Positions 43,050-54,630 are shown, numbered from the stretch's first letter. The stretch is 64,000 bases of DNA from the human T2T-CHM13v2.0 reference genome, Homo sapiens (GCF_009914755.1 NC_060925.1), one strand, 5' to 3'. Numbers and translations are program-made. Notes: a model not told the origin generated them from the sequence alone.

Positions 43050-44244
43050 TAATTCTCAAAAATGACTTTTTAAAAATCACTATATCTAAGTGAGAGACTT
43101 TCAAAAAGTAATTTTCTTTCAAGAGAAAAACATCTTGCTAAGTAATTCATTAAATACTCTAAATAGAGATTCTTTCAGTTTCTACAGATCGAATTATTTC
43201 ACCTATGAGTTTAGGTGACATGAAAAGAAGATTAACAGTGTAATTGAAACTTAATTGAATGCTAATAAAGATGTGACCTGTGGTTATTATGATTTCTAAT
43301 TGTTTTCTCTTGATGATACTTACATAAAACAACAAGCAAAAAAGTAATACACATGACATTTATTTATACTATAGAGTTATGTAACTTGTAAATATTTTAA
43401 ACTATGTATTTGGTAGTTCAGAATACTTGAATAGTTTTGCACTCTATGTTGTAAATACAAAAATAGTAATTATTCAGTTATGTCAAACATGGATTTATTG
43501 TCTTTCAGCCTGTATTTTTATGTGTTCTTATGCACAATGGGACTATTCTGACTGACAGCATTTATCATTAGCAATTTTACAACTGGGCTGTGTCAGGACC
43601 TGCCTGATTCTTTAGACTATGAACTCTTCCTCCCACTCCTTTGTTTATCTGTTCTACATTAAGAACGTATTTATTGAATTCTTATTCTAAACCAAACACT
43701 ATTCTAGGGGGAGGGAGAAACAGAAGTGAATAAAGCAATAAATATCTCTACCTATACCACGTATAATATCACTTGCTATCCAACACTACACTCAAGGCCT
43801 TAAAATTATAAATAGTATTAACCAGAGAAACTTAAAAATTCTTAGTTAGACCCACTTTCTGACCCTTGCTTCTTGTCTAAGTCTACACTTATGCAACAAT
43901 TCCACTAGCTGAGCCCTTGCCTTTTATCCCTGAGATCAAACTCCTGACAGATGATAGCCAATTTGTCATAACTAGAGCACATTAGTGGCCTCTGCTTTTT
44001 ATCCTGCTTAGGGCAAACTGCTTACTACCCTAGCTGCTCCAGTACTGAAGTTGTTGTTTGTGGGAATGGGAATACTTTCTATATAATCAAACAGTAGGAT
44101 CAAACTACCAGCACATGCATACTGCCAACGTATTTGGCAACAATGGTTTGCCTACTCCTTGATAGATCTGTAGATTTTATCTGCCACTGTATTATCTATA
44201 GTAATCTCCAAAGTGAAGCAGAGTCACAGTGTCCTGGCTACCAA

Positions 44245-44667
44245 TGTCTGAGTCTGGTGAGACGGAACATGTGCACATGCAACAAGTTATATGAAATGAA
44301 TTTATTATGTGCAAATAGGCAACGACGGACCAGAAAAGCCTAAGGTTTGTGAGCTGGTCCCAAAGTGTCAAGAAAACTGCCTGGGGAGGATAGAGTCTTA
44401 ACTGCATGTGTCCCACTTGCATAGGACCCCAAAATGCAGCCCACCATGGGTTATATAGTTCAGGGAAGCTTGACTCACTGAACTAAAGCTTGGAATCTCC
44501 GCTTGATTTCACAGGAAAGAAAAACAAAGCCCAGGCTTTTTCAAGCAGTTTCTACCTATCTCAGGATCTAGCATTCCCAATATATTCTGCAGTTATTCTT
44601 GAAAACTACAAGCAAGAAAGGGGGGAGAACTGAGTAAGTACAAGCCCACCCAGAGAATTGTGCTGCA
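44245..44667 (-). mobile_element. Solo LTR (probably ERVL class; family uncertain)
   Basis: TG...CA termini, minus-strand AATAAA near 44301; minus-strand start TGCAGCACAATTCTCTGGGTGG...CAGTTCTCCCCCTTTCTTGCTTGTAG resembles a recalled LTR 5' end. Confidence 0.65.
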
Positions 44668-45239
44668 CCCTATTAGAGCAACTGTTACTTTATTATTTTG
44701 CCAAGTCCAGTAAATGCCTATGAGTCTTCATATCTTACCACCTCTGGCAGTGCTCCAACTTAACAATCAATACCAGTTCCCGAGTATTATCCTTCTCATT
44801 TAGCTCCTTTTGCAGCAAATTAAGTCATTCCTGCCTACATTCCAATCTATAACATCTTAGCATGGACTGTGGTAGCCTTTGATCCAGACATTGTGTTAGG
44901 CAAAGTAAATGCTGCAATAGCAAACATGGACAGAAGCACAACTTTCTAATTTGTAGGCAAAGTTGCAAAGCTATGAGTTCAGAAATTAGAACTAAAATTG
45001 TAGATCGGTTGAATAAAGGTAGAATAGAGGAGATGTAATTAACATTGGTCGAGTTTTATAAAGAGTTTCAAAATTTAAGACATTTTTTTCTAGGCAGAGT
45101 GAAGGGTTATTATGGGGCCTGTCAGGTAAGCATAACCACCACAGAGGTCCAGCAGCAGCTATTACCGAGATAGCATCTGCAGAGGAAGTTCATTTGGGCC
45201 TGAAATACAACTAATCTGGGTATGAGAATTTAGCCTTGA

Positions 45240-45677
<438 letters not shown>

Positions 45678-46364
45678 TAAACACAGGGCAAATGATACCA
45701 AGCTTGGAAGGATGTAGATACTCGGATATATAATTACAAGCAAAATGTCATTTTTATGGGTTAAAATTTTTAGAAAATCAGAGATTATCAAATACCACAA
45801 TAACAATAAATATTTCAAATGGAATTGCTGGTAAAAATAAAATTTGAACCACATGAAATAAATATCTATGTAAAGTCTTACTGACATTTTTTAAATCAAT
45901 TTTTACACTTTCTAAGGAGTTTCATATTTCTTTGTGAACCCGATTGTTTCTGTTAATATTTACACCGACCTGTTGAGACAATACTAACGCTCTTAAAATC
46001 ACCCCTTTGTCTCAGCTACGTCCTAGTAAATGAAAATGTGATGTGTCACTCATTAGATTTACATCATCCATATCTTCCAGGAGCATGCTTTACCTTTGAG
46101 ATAACCATGCCATAGTAACACACAGAAACTGAGCAAGATGACAGTGAGGTATCCAAGAATAAATTAACTACATCAGAACTTACATAATTTGGTGCTATCA
46201 TTCTAAAAGGCACAGCCAGCAAGCTCAAATTCATAATATGTGACACATTTCAAAACAATTAGTCTGTAATTTCTCAGACCAGCAGGGATTTCTTAGTTTT
46301 CAGACAAATTCATCCCATATTTGCAAAATGCATTTTATCTCGTATGGCAAATGCGTCAAATTTT

Positions 46365-48405
46365 GTTTATATTTTTTTTTATTTTTATGGGTACATAGTA
46401 GGTGTACATATATGGGATACATGAGATTTTTTGATACATGCATGCAATGCATAATAATCACATCGGATAAATGCAGTGTCCATTACCTCAAGCATTTATC
46501 ATTTATTTGTATTACAAACATTCCAAGTATATTCTTTTATTTAAAAATAAACAAATTGTTGTTGACTGTATCCTGTTGCGCTCTCAAATACTAGATTTTA
46601 TTCATTCTGTCTAACTATATTTTTGTATCCATTAAAACAATCCCACTTCCACCTCCCCCTACTCCGCTACCCTTCCCATCCTCTGGTAACCATCATTTTA
46701 CTTTCTATCTCCAGGTATTGAATGATTTTAATTTTTATCTCCAACAAATTAGTGAGAAAATGTGAAGTGTGTCTTTCTGTGCTGGGCTTATTTCACATAA
46801 TAGAATGTCCTCCAGTTCAACCCATGTTGTTTCAAATGACAGAATTTCATCATGTTTTATGACTGAATAGTACCCCATTGTGTATATGTACCACATTTTC
46901 TTTATCCATTCATATGTTGATGGACATTTAGATTGCTTCTGAATCTTGGCTATTGTGAATAGTGCTGCAATAAAAATAGGAGTGCAGATAACTGCTCAAT
47001 ATACTGATTTCCTTTCTTTTGCATATGTACCTAACAAACAGTAGGATTGCTGGAACATATGGTAGCTTCATTTTTAGGTTGTTGAGGAACCTCCATACTG
47101 TTCCCCATAGTATTTGTACTAATTTACATTCCCACCAACAGTGTATGAGGATTCCCTTTTCTTCACATCCTCACCAGCATTTGTTATCCCCTGTCATTTG
47201 CATAAGTGCCATTTTAACAAGGGTGTTATGATATCTCATTGTAGTTTTGATTTGCATTTCTCTGATGGTCAGTAATGTTGGGCATCTTTTCATATTCCTG
47301 TTTTCCATTTGTATGTCTTCTTTTGAGAAATGTTTATTCAGTTCTTTTGCCCATTTTTAATTCAGATTATTAGATTTTTTTCTTATTGAGGTGTGTGAGC
47401 TCCTTATATATTCTGGTTATTAATACCTTGTAAGGTGGATAGTTAATGAACATTTTCTCTCATTCTATGTGCTGTCTCATCAAAATGTTAATTGTTTCTT
47501 TTGCATACAGAAGCTTTGTGTGACCATTTTTGCTTCAGTTGCCTGCACTTTTGGTATAGCCCTTGAGAAATCTGCAGACCAATGTCCTGGAGAACTTCCC
47601 CATTTTTTTTAGTAGTTTCAAAGTTTAGGTTTTAGATTTAAGTCTTCAATCAATTTTATTTGACTTTTTTTAATATGGTGAGAGACAGGGTTCTAGTTTC
47701 ATTTTCTAAATATCGATATCCTATTTCCCCAGCAGCATTTATTGAAAAGACTGTCCTTTCCCCAATGTATGTTCTTGGCACCTCGTTTGAAAATTAGCTT
47801 ACTGTAAATATATGGATTTATATTTGGATCGTGTATTCTGTTCCACTGGCCTGTGTGTATGTTTTTATGCCAGTACCATGCTGTTTTGGTAACTATAGCT
47901 GTAGTATAATTTGAAAATTGGTAATGTGATTCTTCTAGTTAGGTTCATTTTGCTCAGAATAGCTTTGGCTATTCTGGATCCTTTGTGGTTTCATAGATAC
48001 TGTACAACTGTTTTTTGTATTTCTATTGCTGTGAAGAATGTCATTGGTATTTTGATAGGGATTGGATTCCATTTGCAGTTTGCTTTGGATACCTTAACAT
48101 TATTGATTATTTCATGAACATGGAATATTTCTTCATTTTTTGTGTCTTCTTCAATTTCTTGTTTAATGTTTTATAGTTTTCATTGTAGAGATCTTCTACT
48201 TTTTTGGTTAAGTTATTCTTAGATATTTTATTTTGTTTTATTTTATTTGTTGCTGTTGCAAATGACATTATTTTTGTGATTTCTCTTTCAGATTGTTTGC
48301 TCTTGGCATATAAAAATGCTACTGATTTTTGTATGTTGATTTTCTATCCTGCAGCTTATTGAATTTATCTGTTTTAATAGCTTTTTGGTGGAGTCTTTAG
48401 GTTAA
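46365..48405 (-). mobile_element. L1MA, 5'-truncated (~2 kb)
   Basis: TTTTTATGGGTACATAGTAGGTGTACATATATGGG..; GAGGAACCTCCATACTGTT; antisense ORF2 to GGAGTCTTTAGG. Confidence 0.9.
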
Positions 48406-48679
48406 AAACATAAAATTTATCGTGGATACTCAAACTAGAGACAAGGAATTTCGATGTTCAGACATAAATTGTGGAAAAATCTTTTAAAGAAGGGAGGTTT
48501 ACAGGTTTGCTTGTTTACTTTCATCTCCTCCCTCCTCTTGGCTCCTCCTTCCCTTTTTTTTTTTCTCCTTAAAATCACTTTTTTCTTCCTTTCTGTTTTG
48601 AATTTAGGTACATGTAAGAGAGTTTATTATACCCCACAGTACATGGCATATCAACAGTTTTGCAAGGTCTTTCCTTTAT

Positions 48680-49658
48680 TTAAATTAATTTTTTTAACTA
48701 TCATTTCTATTTCTCATTTACAATCTCTACCACCTTCCCTTATGGTTAAATTGTGTGTGTGTGTGTGTGCACGTGCATGCACATGCTCACGCGTGCACAC
48801 CTACACCTTGGTAAGCCAAAGAATGTTTATGTTTCTATGGTCATACCTACTTATTTCTGTTAAATAGCATTCTGTTGTGAGTCTTATACTCTTTGTTAAT
48901 ATAACTTTTAAACAAAAATGATTTCAGTTGCATATAATCACATATTTTCCTATTTCAAAACGTTCCATATTTTTATGCAGCCCTCCTCCACGTTTTACTG
49001 TCCATTTCCCGTAAGTAGACGTATAAGTTGCCTTTATCTAAATGCTAGCAAAAATGTTGCTTCCGTGAATGTTTCTGTACACGAGTCTAATTAAACCGAG
49101 CAAGCATTTCTGGGGTATAAGGATTTTAACTGCAGATCACAATATATACTTATATTCAATTTTATTTTATGTTTCCATATTTATTTCCATAATGACTTTT
49201 CTGATTAAACTGTTTTCAGCATTATACACATTTCAAAGTCTCTACATATTCACCAAATCATTTATACAATCAAACTTCATGTTTTGCTAACCATACAAGT
49301 ATAAAATGGTTATTATTTACATTTATGTTTGTATGATTACCAATGAAATTGTCAGACATTCATGTGCTCCATGTATGAACTGCCTCTTTATATACTTTGT
49401 CCATTTTTCCCCATTGGATTTTGTATTTCATCTCATTGATTTGAGGATAGATATTTCTATCAATTATTTAATCTTATATTATTTTAAACTGTTTTAAATA
49501 TAAATAACAAGTGATAGATGTTATCACAATCTATTACTTCTCAACTTTTTTGTTGGTATCCTGTGTTAAGCTGAACTCCTTGATCTTAATGTAGTAAAAT
49601 AATAGGTATTTTTTATCCAAATTTTCCTTTTTTGAGATCTTGTTTTAAGAAAATCTTT
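48680..49658 (-). mobile_element. Old L1ME, host of the DHX29 retrocopy (left part)
   Basis: Degenerate antisense L1 (TATGAACTGCCTCTTTATATACTTTGTCCATTTT) continuing across the TSD. Confidence 0.6.
48752..48800. repeat. (TG)n followed by a mostly alternating purine-pyrimidine tract
   Basis: TGTGTGTGTGTGTGTGTGCACGTGCATGCACATGCTCACGCGTGCACAC. Confidence 0.8.
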
Positions 49659-52600
49659 TTTTGTTCTAATTCAACAAATGTTTATTAAATACTTACTGTG
49701 TGTCAAGTATTATCCTAGGCATCCTTTTTTTCCAAAATAAATAAACCTGTTACAGTTATCCATGACTCTGAGAGAGTGAGCTATACTAAGAATTACCTCT
49801 AGGGTGAACAGTAACGTTCTATTATTTGAAAATTCCTCTGGCAATATATGATTTCAGAATGATAACCTCTTTCCTGTCGTGCTTTCTTCCATCCTAGATA
49901 TGCATTGTAGATGATCAGGTGGTCTGAATCCACCATGGCCAAAGCTGATTTTGCAAGATCTGCATCATCTTTTCAACCAATTGGTGTGGTAAAAGGAGAC
50001 TTCTCTGTTATAACTGCAGCTAGTGTTGCCACTGGGTCAAGGCAGCCAAATACTGTACCAAAAATAAGCGTCTTGCCAGTCTTGACATACACAGGTAAAG
50101 CTGCAAGGTGTTGGCCCAACGGAGTCAGCTGAGGCTCATTTAGCTTACAAGCTCCAGTTTTTTGGAGGAAATTCATTGAATGGCTGATCACTGGGAGCTG
50201 AGGCGGATCTAAGGCTTTGAAAAGGATATCTTCAGGAGAATCATGATTACACCTCATAATATGAAGGCATAATTTCTCTAAAGGTACATGTAAGATTTCA
50301 GGAACAGAATAATCCATAAAGCCTTCATATTTTTCTCTTGTGTACCCCCAGAAGCAGAAGCCATCTCTGTCCTGCCCAGCTCTCCCCTCGCACTGCAAAG
50401 CACTGGCTTTACTGACAAATGTCTCAACCAAAGAACTCATCTATCTGCTTTCATGGCTCTTATTTTCTTCTGTTTTTCCAGTATCAATTACAAACTCAAT
50501 ATCTGGAATAGCGCTACCCGTCTCTGCAAAATTTGTTGCTAAAACAATCTTTCTGACTTCTGCAGGAGGAAGTGTGAGTGCTGCAGCTTGACCTTGGGTT
50601 GAAAGAACAGAATACAGAGCTATCCATTTATACCGTTCAGAATAAAACCTTTTATCATTTGATAGGAGATCATACAACTGCTGAATATGAGCAAGGCCTG
50701 GTAAAAAGATTAATACTGCTCCTTCAATATTTCCGACTTGGGAACTTTTATCTAAATACGCAAGAAGTTCTAAAATGAAATCCAGGTTGATTTTATGAGG
50801 ATTCAAGTGTAGAGAATAGCATGCTGAGTGAAGTTGCTGTACTTTTGGTAGAATAGATTTAAATCAGCATTTGCTCTAGTCTGAACTGAAATATATTCTT
50901 GATTTTTTTTGATCCCCCTGCTTTGCTTGTAACATTAATGGTTATTTCTTCTTCCTTCTCCAGAAATTTCTGACAATATCCTGATTCTTTTTCCTGTACA
51001 AAGTCTGTTTCTTCTATTATATCTTCATGTTGAAAAGCCTCAGCAGAATAACTTCTTCCTGAAATCCTGAGAGTGGGGCAGTGTGTGAAATATGTGGAAA
51101 ATTTTTCACTGTCCACAGCGGCACTCATAGAATCAAGTAGAGATCAGAATGTTTTTGTAAAACTTCCTTTAAGACAGTTAGTAGGAAGTCTGACTGGACA
51201 CTTCTTGTACGAACCTCATTTGCAATAATGTGAGACACATTAGTAAAAAGACCATCTTCTTGAAGTTTCCTTGACAAAACCCCTGTTGTACAGTAGAGTA
51301 CACTGGTAGATTCACAAGCTTCAGATAACATCCAGATCTGATATCCACACAAAGAATTCCTTCCTCCAGTTCCATTTTCACAGCCCAATTCATCACACAC
51401 TCTGGTGGCTAAACTCACTGCTGAGATCCTTTGAGGTTAGGTATAGGCAATGTTACATTTACTTGCTCCCCACTCATTTAGAAGCAAATCTTCCAACAGA
51501 AAATGTGGTACCTGAGTACTTTCATCACTCCTGGTTTTACCTGCCACAACCACTCCCCAGTGCCTTTAAGAGTTTCTACACCTGCATCCAGATGTTTAAA
51601 TACAGGAAACTGCTGTCTTTCCTTTAGAAGTCTCTAAGACTTAGGTGTGCTTTGCAACTTTCTAAAGAGGTTTCTAACATGTTCCAAATCTTCCGCATTT
51701 GCTGATACCAAGGACAGTGCAGAAAAATCCTCATCAGAAACTAAATTTTCCCAAGATTCCTCAGGATTATTAGAGATTTCTCTCTTATTTTCAGAATGTT
51801 GTTGTCGCTGCTGTTTCAATATATTCAAAAGTTGGGCAATAAAAAGATCACATGGTTTATTGGTTTTCATTTTATTTAATTCTTCTCTTTTCTTTTCCTC
51901 ATCACTGTACTCCAGCCAAACATCTTGGGAAGTAGGATGAAGTCACTGATAAACTGACTGCCCTTTAACTAAATGATAAAGAACTAAAGTGCCTCCCAGG
52001 TGCTGAGCTTGCATGCCATCCTCTGTTAAGATTGTAGGCAACCTACCAGGACAGCATCTTCAGACTTGATTACCCTAACCCTACATTTCCAGCATCTACC
52101 TACTGGAACTTTTTCAAAGGAAGGATTTCGACTTTTGGGAAGAGTCTTCCTGAACCAGTCAATCAGAAATTGTTTGGGAGATTTTCCAGTTCAGCGTTGA
52201 GCAGTACAGTCAAAATTTCTTACATCATGAGGTTCTTTTTATCTTTCTCTTCTTCAGTAGCAGCTGCAGATTTTTCAAATAACTGAAAAGTTCAATGCAC
52301 TTTCTCCTTCTATGGCCACAGGAGGCTTTTTTTCTTTCATTTTGTTGATGTGAAATCTTTATGGCTGGATTAAATACTGGATCATCTTCTAAAGTTTCAA
52401 TTTCTCTTTGAAATTTCCTTATTTTTTCCTGAGCCTCCTTTTGGTCTTGCTTGTTTTTTTTTTTTTTTTTTTTTGTTTTTTTTTTTTTTTTTTTTTTGTT
52501 TTTTTTTTCCAGTTTAAAGGCAGCTGCTGGCTCCTTTGCATCTAGCAGTTTTGCTGCAAGATGTAAATAACTTTCGTTGGGGTCAATTTTTTTTTTCCTA

Positions 52601-53466
52601 TTCTTCTAAACTTTTAGAATTCTCATTCTTTTCTTCTTCATTTGTTGTTTAGTGTACTGTGAAATCCACTCTTTCATATTTGCTTCCATATTTCCTTCTT
52701 CCTTTTTTGGCTTCATCTTAGGGTCTTATTCTTTTGTTTGTTTGTTTTGTTTTAGGTTGCAATGGAGGTGAAATAGTGCTTTGTATAGGAGACTGCAATT
52801 TCAGCCTACTTTTAGGTTGTTGCCCTTCAAATTCTTAACTGAATCTTTCAGTGCATCATTTGCAAGGTTTAAACAGAGCCAATCCAAGGCAGAATGAAGG
52901 TCACCTCCATGTAAGAGAGCATTGGTCGTGACATCTTCAATGTCTTAGTCTTAAATAAAAATGCTTGTAAAGCTGTGTAAAAATCCTGCAATTTTTTGGC
53001 ATTAAGTCTTCCAGAAATCACTCCCTTGTCATTGTTTTGCTTGTCATTGCTCACTCCCATAATTCCTTGCTCTAATTTGTTATTAATTACCACTTTCAAC
53101 ATAGATTTACCCAGACTTGCAGGACAACCAGAATCATTTGTAGAATTAAAACTATAAATTTTGGGGCCTTGCTTGACTCAGGGCTCCCTGGTGCTTGCAG
53201 CGGTGTCGGGAGGGAGGCCTGGACACCGGCTTTTTGTTTTGGGCCTCCTGGGCAGTTCCAGCCCCAGTGGTTGATTTGGCTCTGAAAGCAGACATGGCGG
53301 CCCGGACCACCGGACCACCGTGGTCACCAGAGCCATGTGTTTCTTGTCCTTGCCGCCAGTGTTGCAGCTGTGGCAGAAGATCATTCGCGGTGCAGGCCCT
53401 GGTGCTGCCACCAAGAGCTCTTCACATTTCCTGGCTCCTGTGACACCACCCTGCGCCCTCGATTCC
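49659..53466 (-). pseudogene. DHX29: Processed pseudogene (retrocopy) of DHX29, DExH-box RNA helicase 29; 5'-complete, ends in putative intron-derived sequence
   Basis: Collinear, intron-less ORF fragments match DHX29: GGKDKKH..VVR (N-term), LKVVINNKLEQ, ESWENLVSDEDFSALSL, RVCDELGCENG, NPHKINLDFILELLAY, SSLVETFVSKASALQ..GRAG, EKSPFTTPIG. Many stops and frameshifts. Start codon lost (ACT at 53358-53360). AATAAA at 49681-49686 (-), A7 at 49656-49662, TSD AAGAAAA[T/G]CTTT at 49647-49658 and 53467-53478. Confidence 0.96.
49681..49686 (-). terminator. Polyadenylation signal (AATAAA) of the retrocopied transcript, within an L2-like 3' end
   Basis: Minus strand reads CCTAGGATAATACTTGACACACAGTAAGTATTTAATAAACATTTGTTGAATTAGAAC-AAAAAAA. 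The hexamer is 18 nt upstream of the A-run and TSD. Confidence 0.8.
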
Positions 53467-54000
53467 AAGAAAAGCTTTCCTGAAAGAAGGTAACAAACAT
53501 ATCTTCTTGTCTTTCCTTCTTTATGTTTTTTACTTGCCATATATGAGTCTGCTTTGTGTATCTTGCAAATTAGCTATTCTGCTTTACTTTTCTCCATGTC
53601 ATGGATCTGTTTTTACAGCAGTACGCACTAAACAATGTTTCCCCACTGGTGTCTCCTTTCATCTATATGATATTCACATGGATCTATTTCTGAAACCTCT
53701 GTTCTGTTCCATTTATTTGTTTGGGGCTAGAGCATCATAGTTTGATAACTATTGTTTAGTTGCATTTCTTAAAATCTGGCAGGATAAGTCCCCTCCTCTT
53801 TTAAACAAAATTGATTTAGATATTTTGACATTTAATCTTTCATAAAATTTTTACTCCTTGAACCATCTTGCTGAAATTTATCTTGACATTGCAGTGGTTT
53901 TATAAATAATCTGGGTGCAATTATGTTTTTAAAGAAGACAAATTTTGTCTTTAACCTTATTCTTCTTTTATCTATTTTGGTTTAGATTTTTATTCTTTTG
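53467..54000 (-). mobile_element. Old L1ME, host of the DHX29 retrocopy (right part)
   Basis: GGATCTATTTCTGAAACCTCTGTTCTGTTCCATT...ATCTGGCAGGATAAGTCCC antisense L1 ORF2 tail. Confidence 0.6.
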
Positions 54001-54089
54001 CATTTTGGTAGGATTTTTTTCTGCATACGTTATAGTTTTTTGTTTGTTTGTTTGTTTTTTGCTTTGACTTAAGGTTTTTCTATTTTTTT

Positions 54090-54630
54090 TTTGGAGTGGG
54101 GGTCACATTATCTTGTAATTTTTTTATTCTGACACATACCCTAAATAGAAAAGGTATGCATCATGTATCTGTACAACTTAGAATAAAATAAACATCCGAT
54201 AACTCACCTCAAGCTTAAGAATCAGAACAATATTCTCCCCACTACCCACATACCCTACGGAGGAAACCTACTCTCTCTATTATTGGGTTATTCATGTTCT
54301 TCCTTTTCTTTATGGTTTAATCATAAAGCTATTCTCATATAGTATCTTAATTTGTTTCACATTGAATTTTATACATTAAAACATGCTTTGTATATTTGTC
54401 TGAGATATTTTTCTTTTGCTCAAAGCGAGAATGAGCTATGTTAATGTATATAAGTGTAGTTCATTCTTTAATACCACTATAGAATGTTCAATTGTCTGAA
54501 TATACTCTGAGTTATTTATAGTTTCTGTTGTTGATTGACATAATGAGTTGTTGTCAATACTTTATAATGATGACTGATGCTGCTATAAGCTTCCCTATAC
54601 ATGTCTCTTGGTACACAGGTGCAGACTTCT
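54090..54630 (-). mobile_element. Old L1ME 3' end
   Basis: TAAGAATCAGAACAAT...GTAGTTCATTCTTT...GCTGCTATAAGCTTCCCTATACATGTCTCTTGG. Confidence 0.6.

Noticed and set aside
52454-52508. Long T tract as the poly(A) tail of a separate retrocopy
   Set aside because: DHX29 coding sequence continues in register on both sides, and there is no AATAAA or TSD.
49797-53360. APOBEC3-like G-to-A hypermutation of the retrocopy (many E>K, R>K, D>N, G>D changes relative to recalled DHX29)
   Set aside because: Reciprocal A-to-G changes (K>E, K>R, I>V, E>G, T>A) look about as common, and several G-to-A changes fit CpG decay. A nucleotide alignment with context counts would be needed.
49973-53540. DHX29-like ORFs as a functional helicase gene or exons of the real gene
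   Set aside because: No introns, many stops and frameshifts, broken catalytic motifs, lost ATG, TSD and poly(A) remnant.
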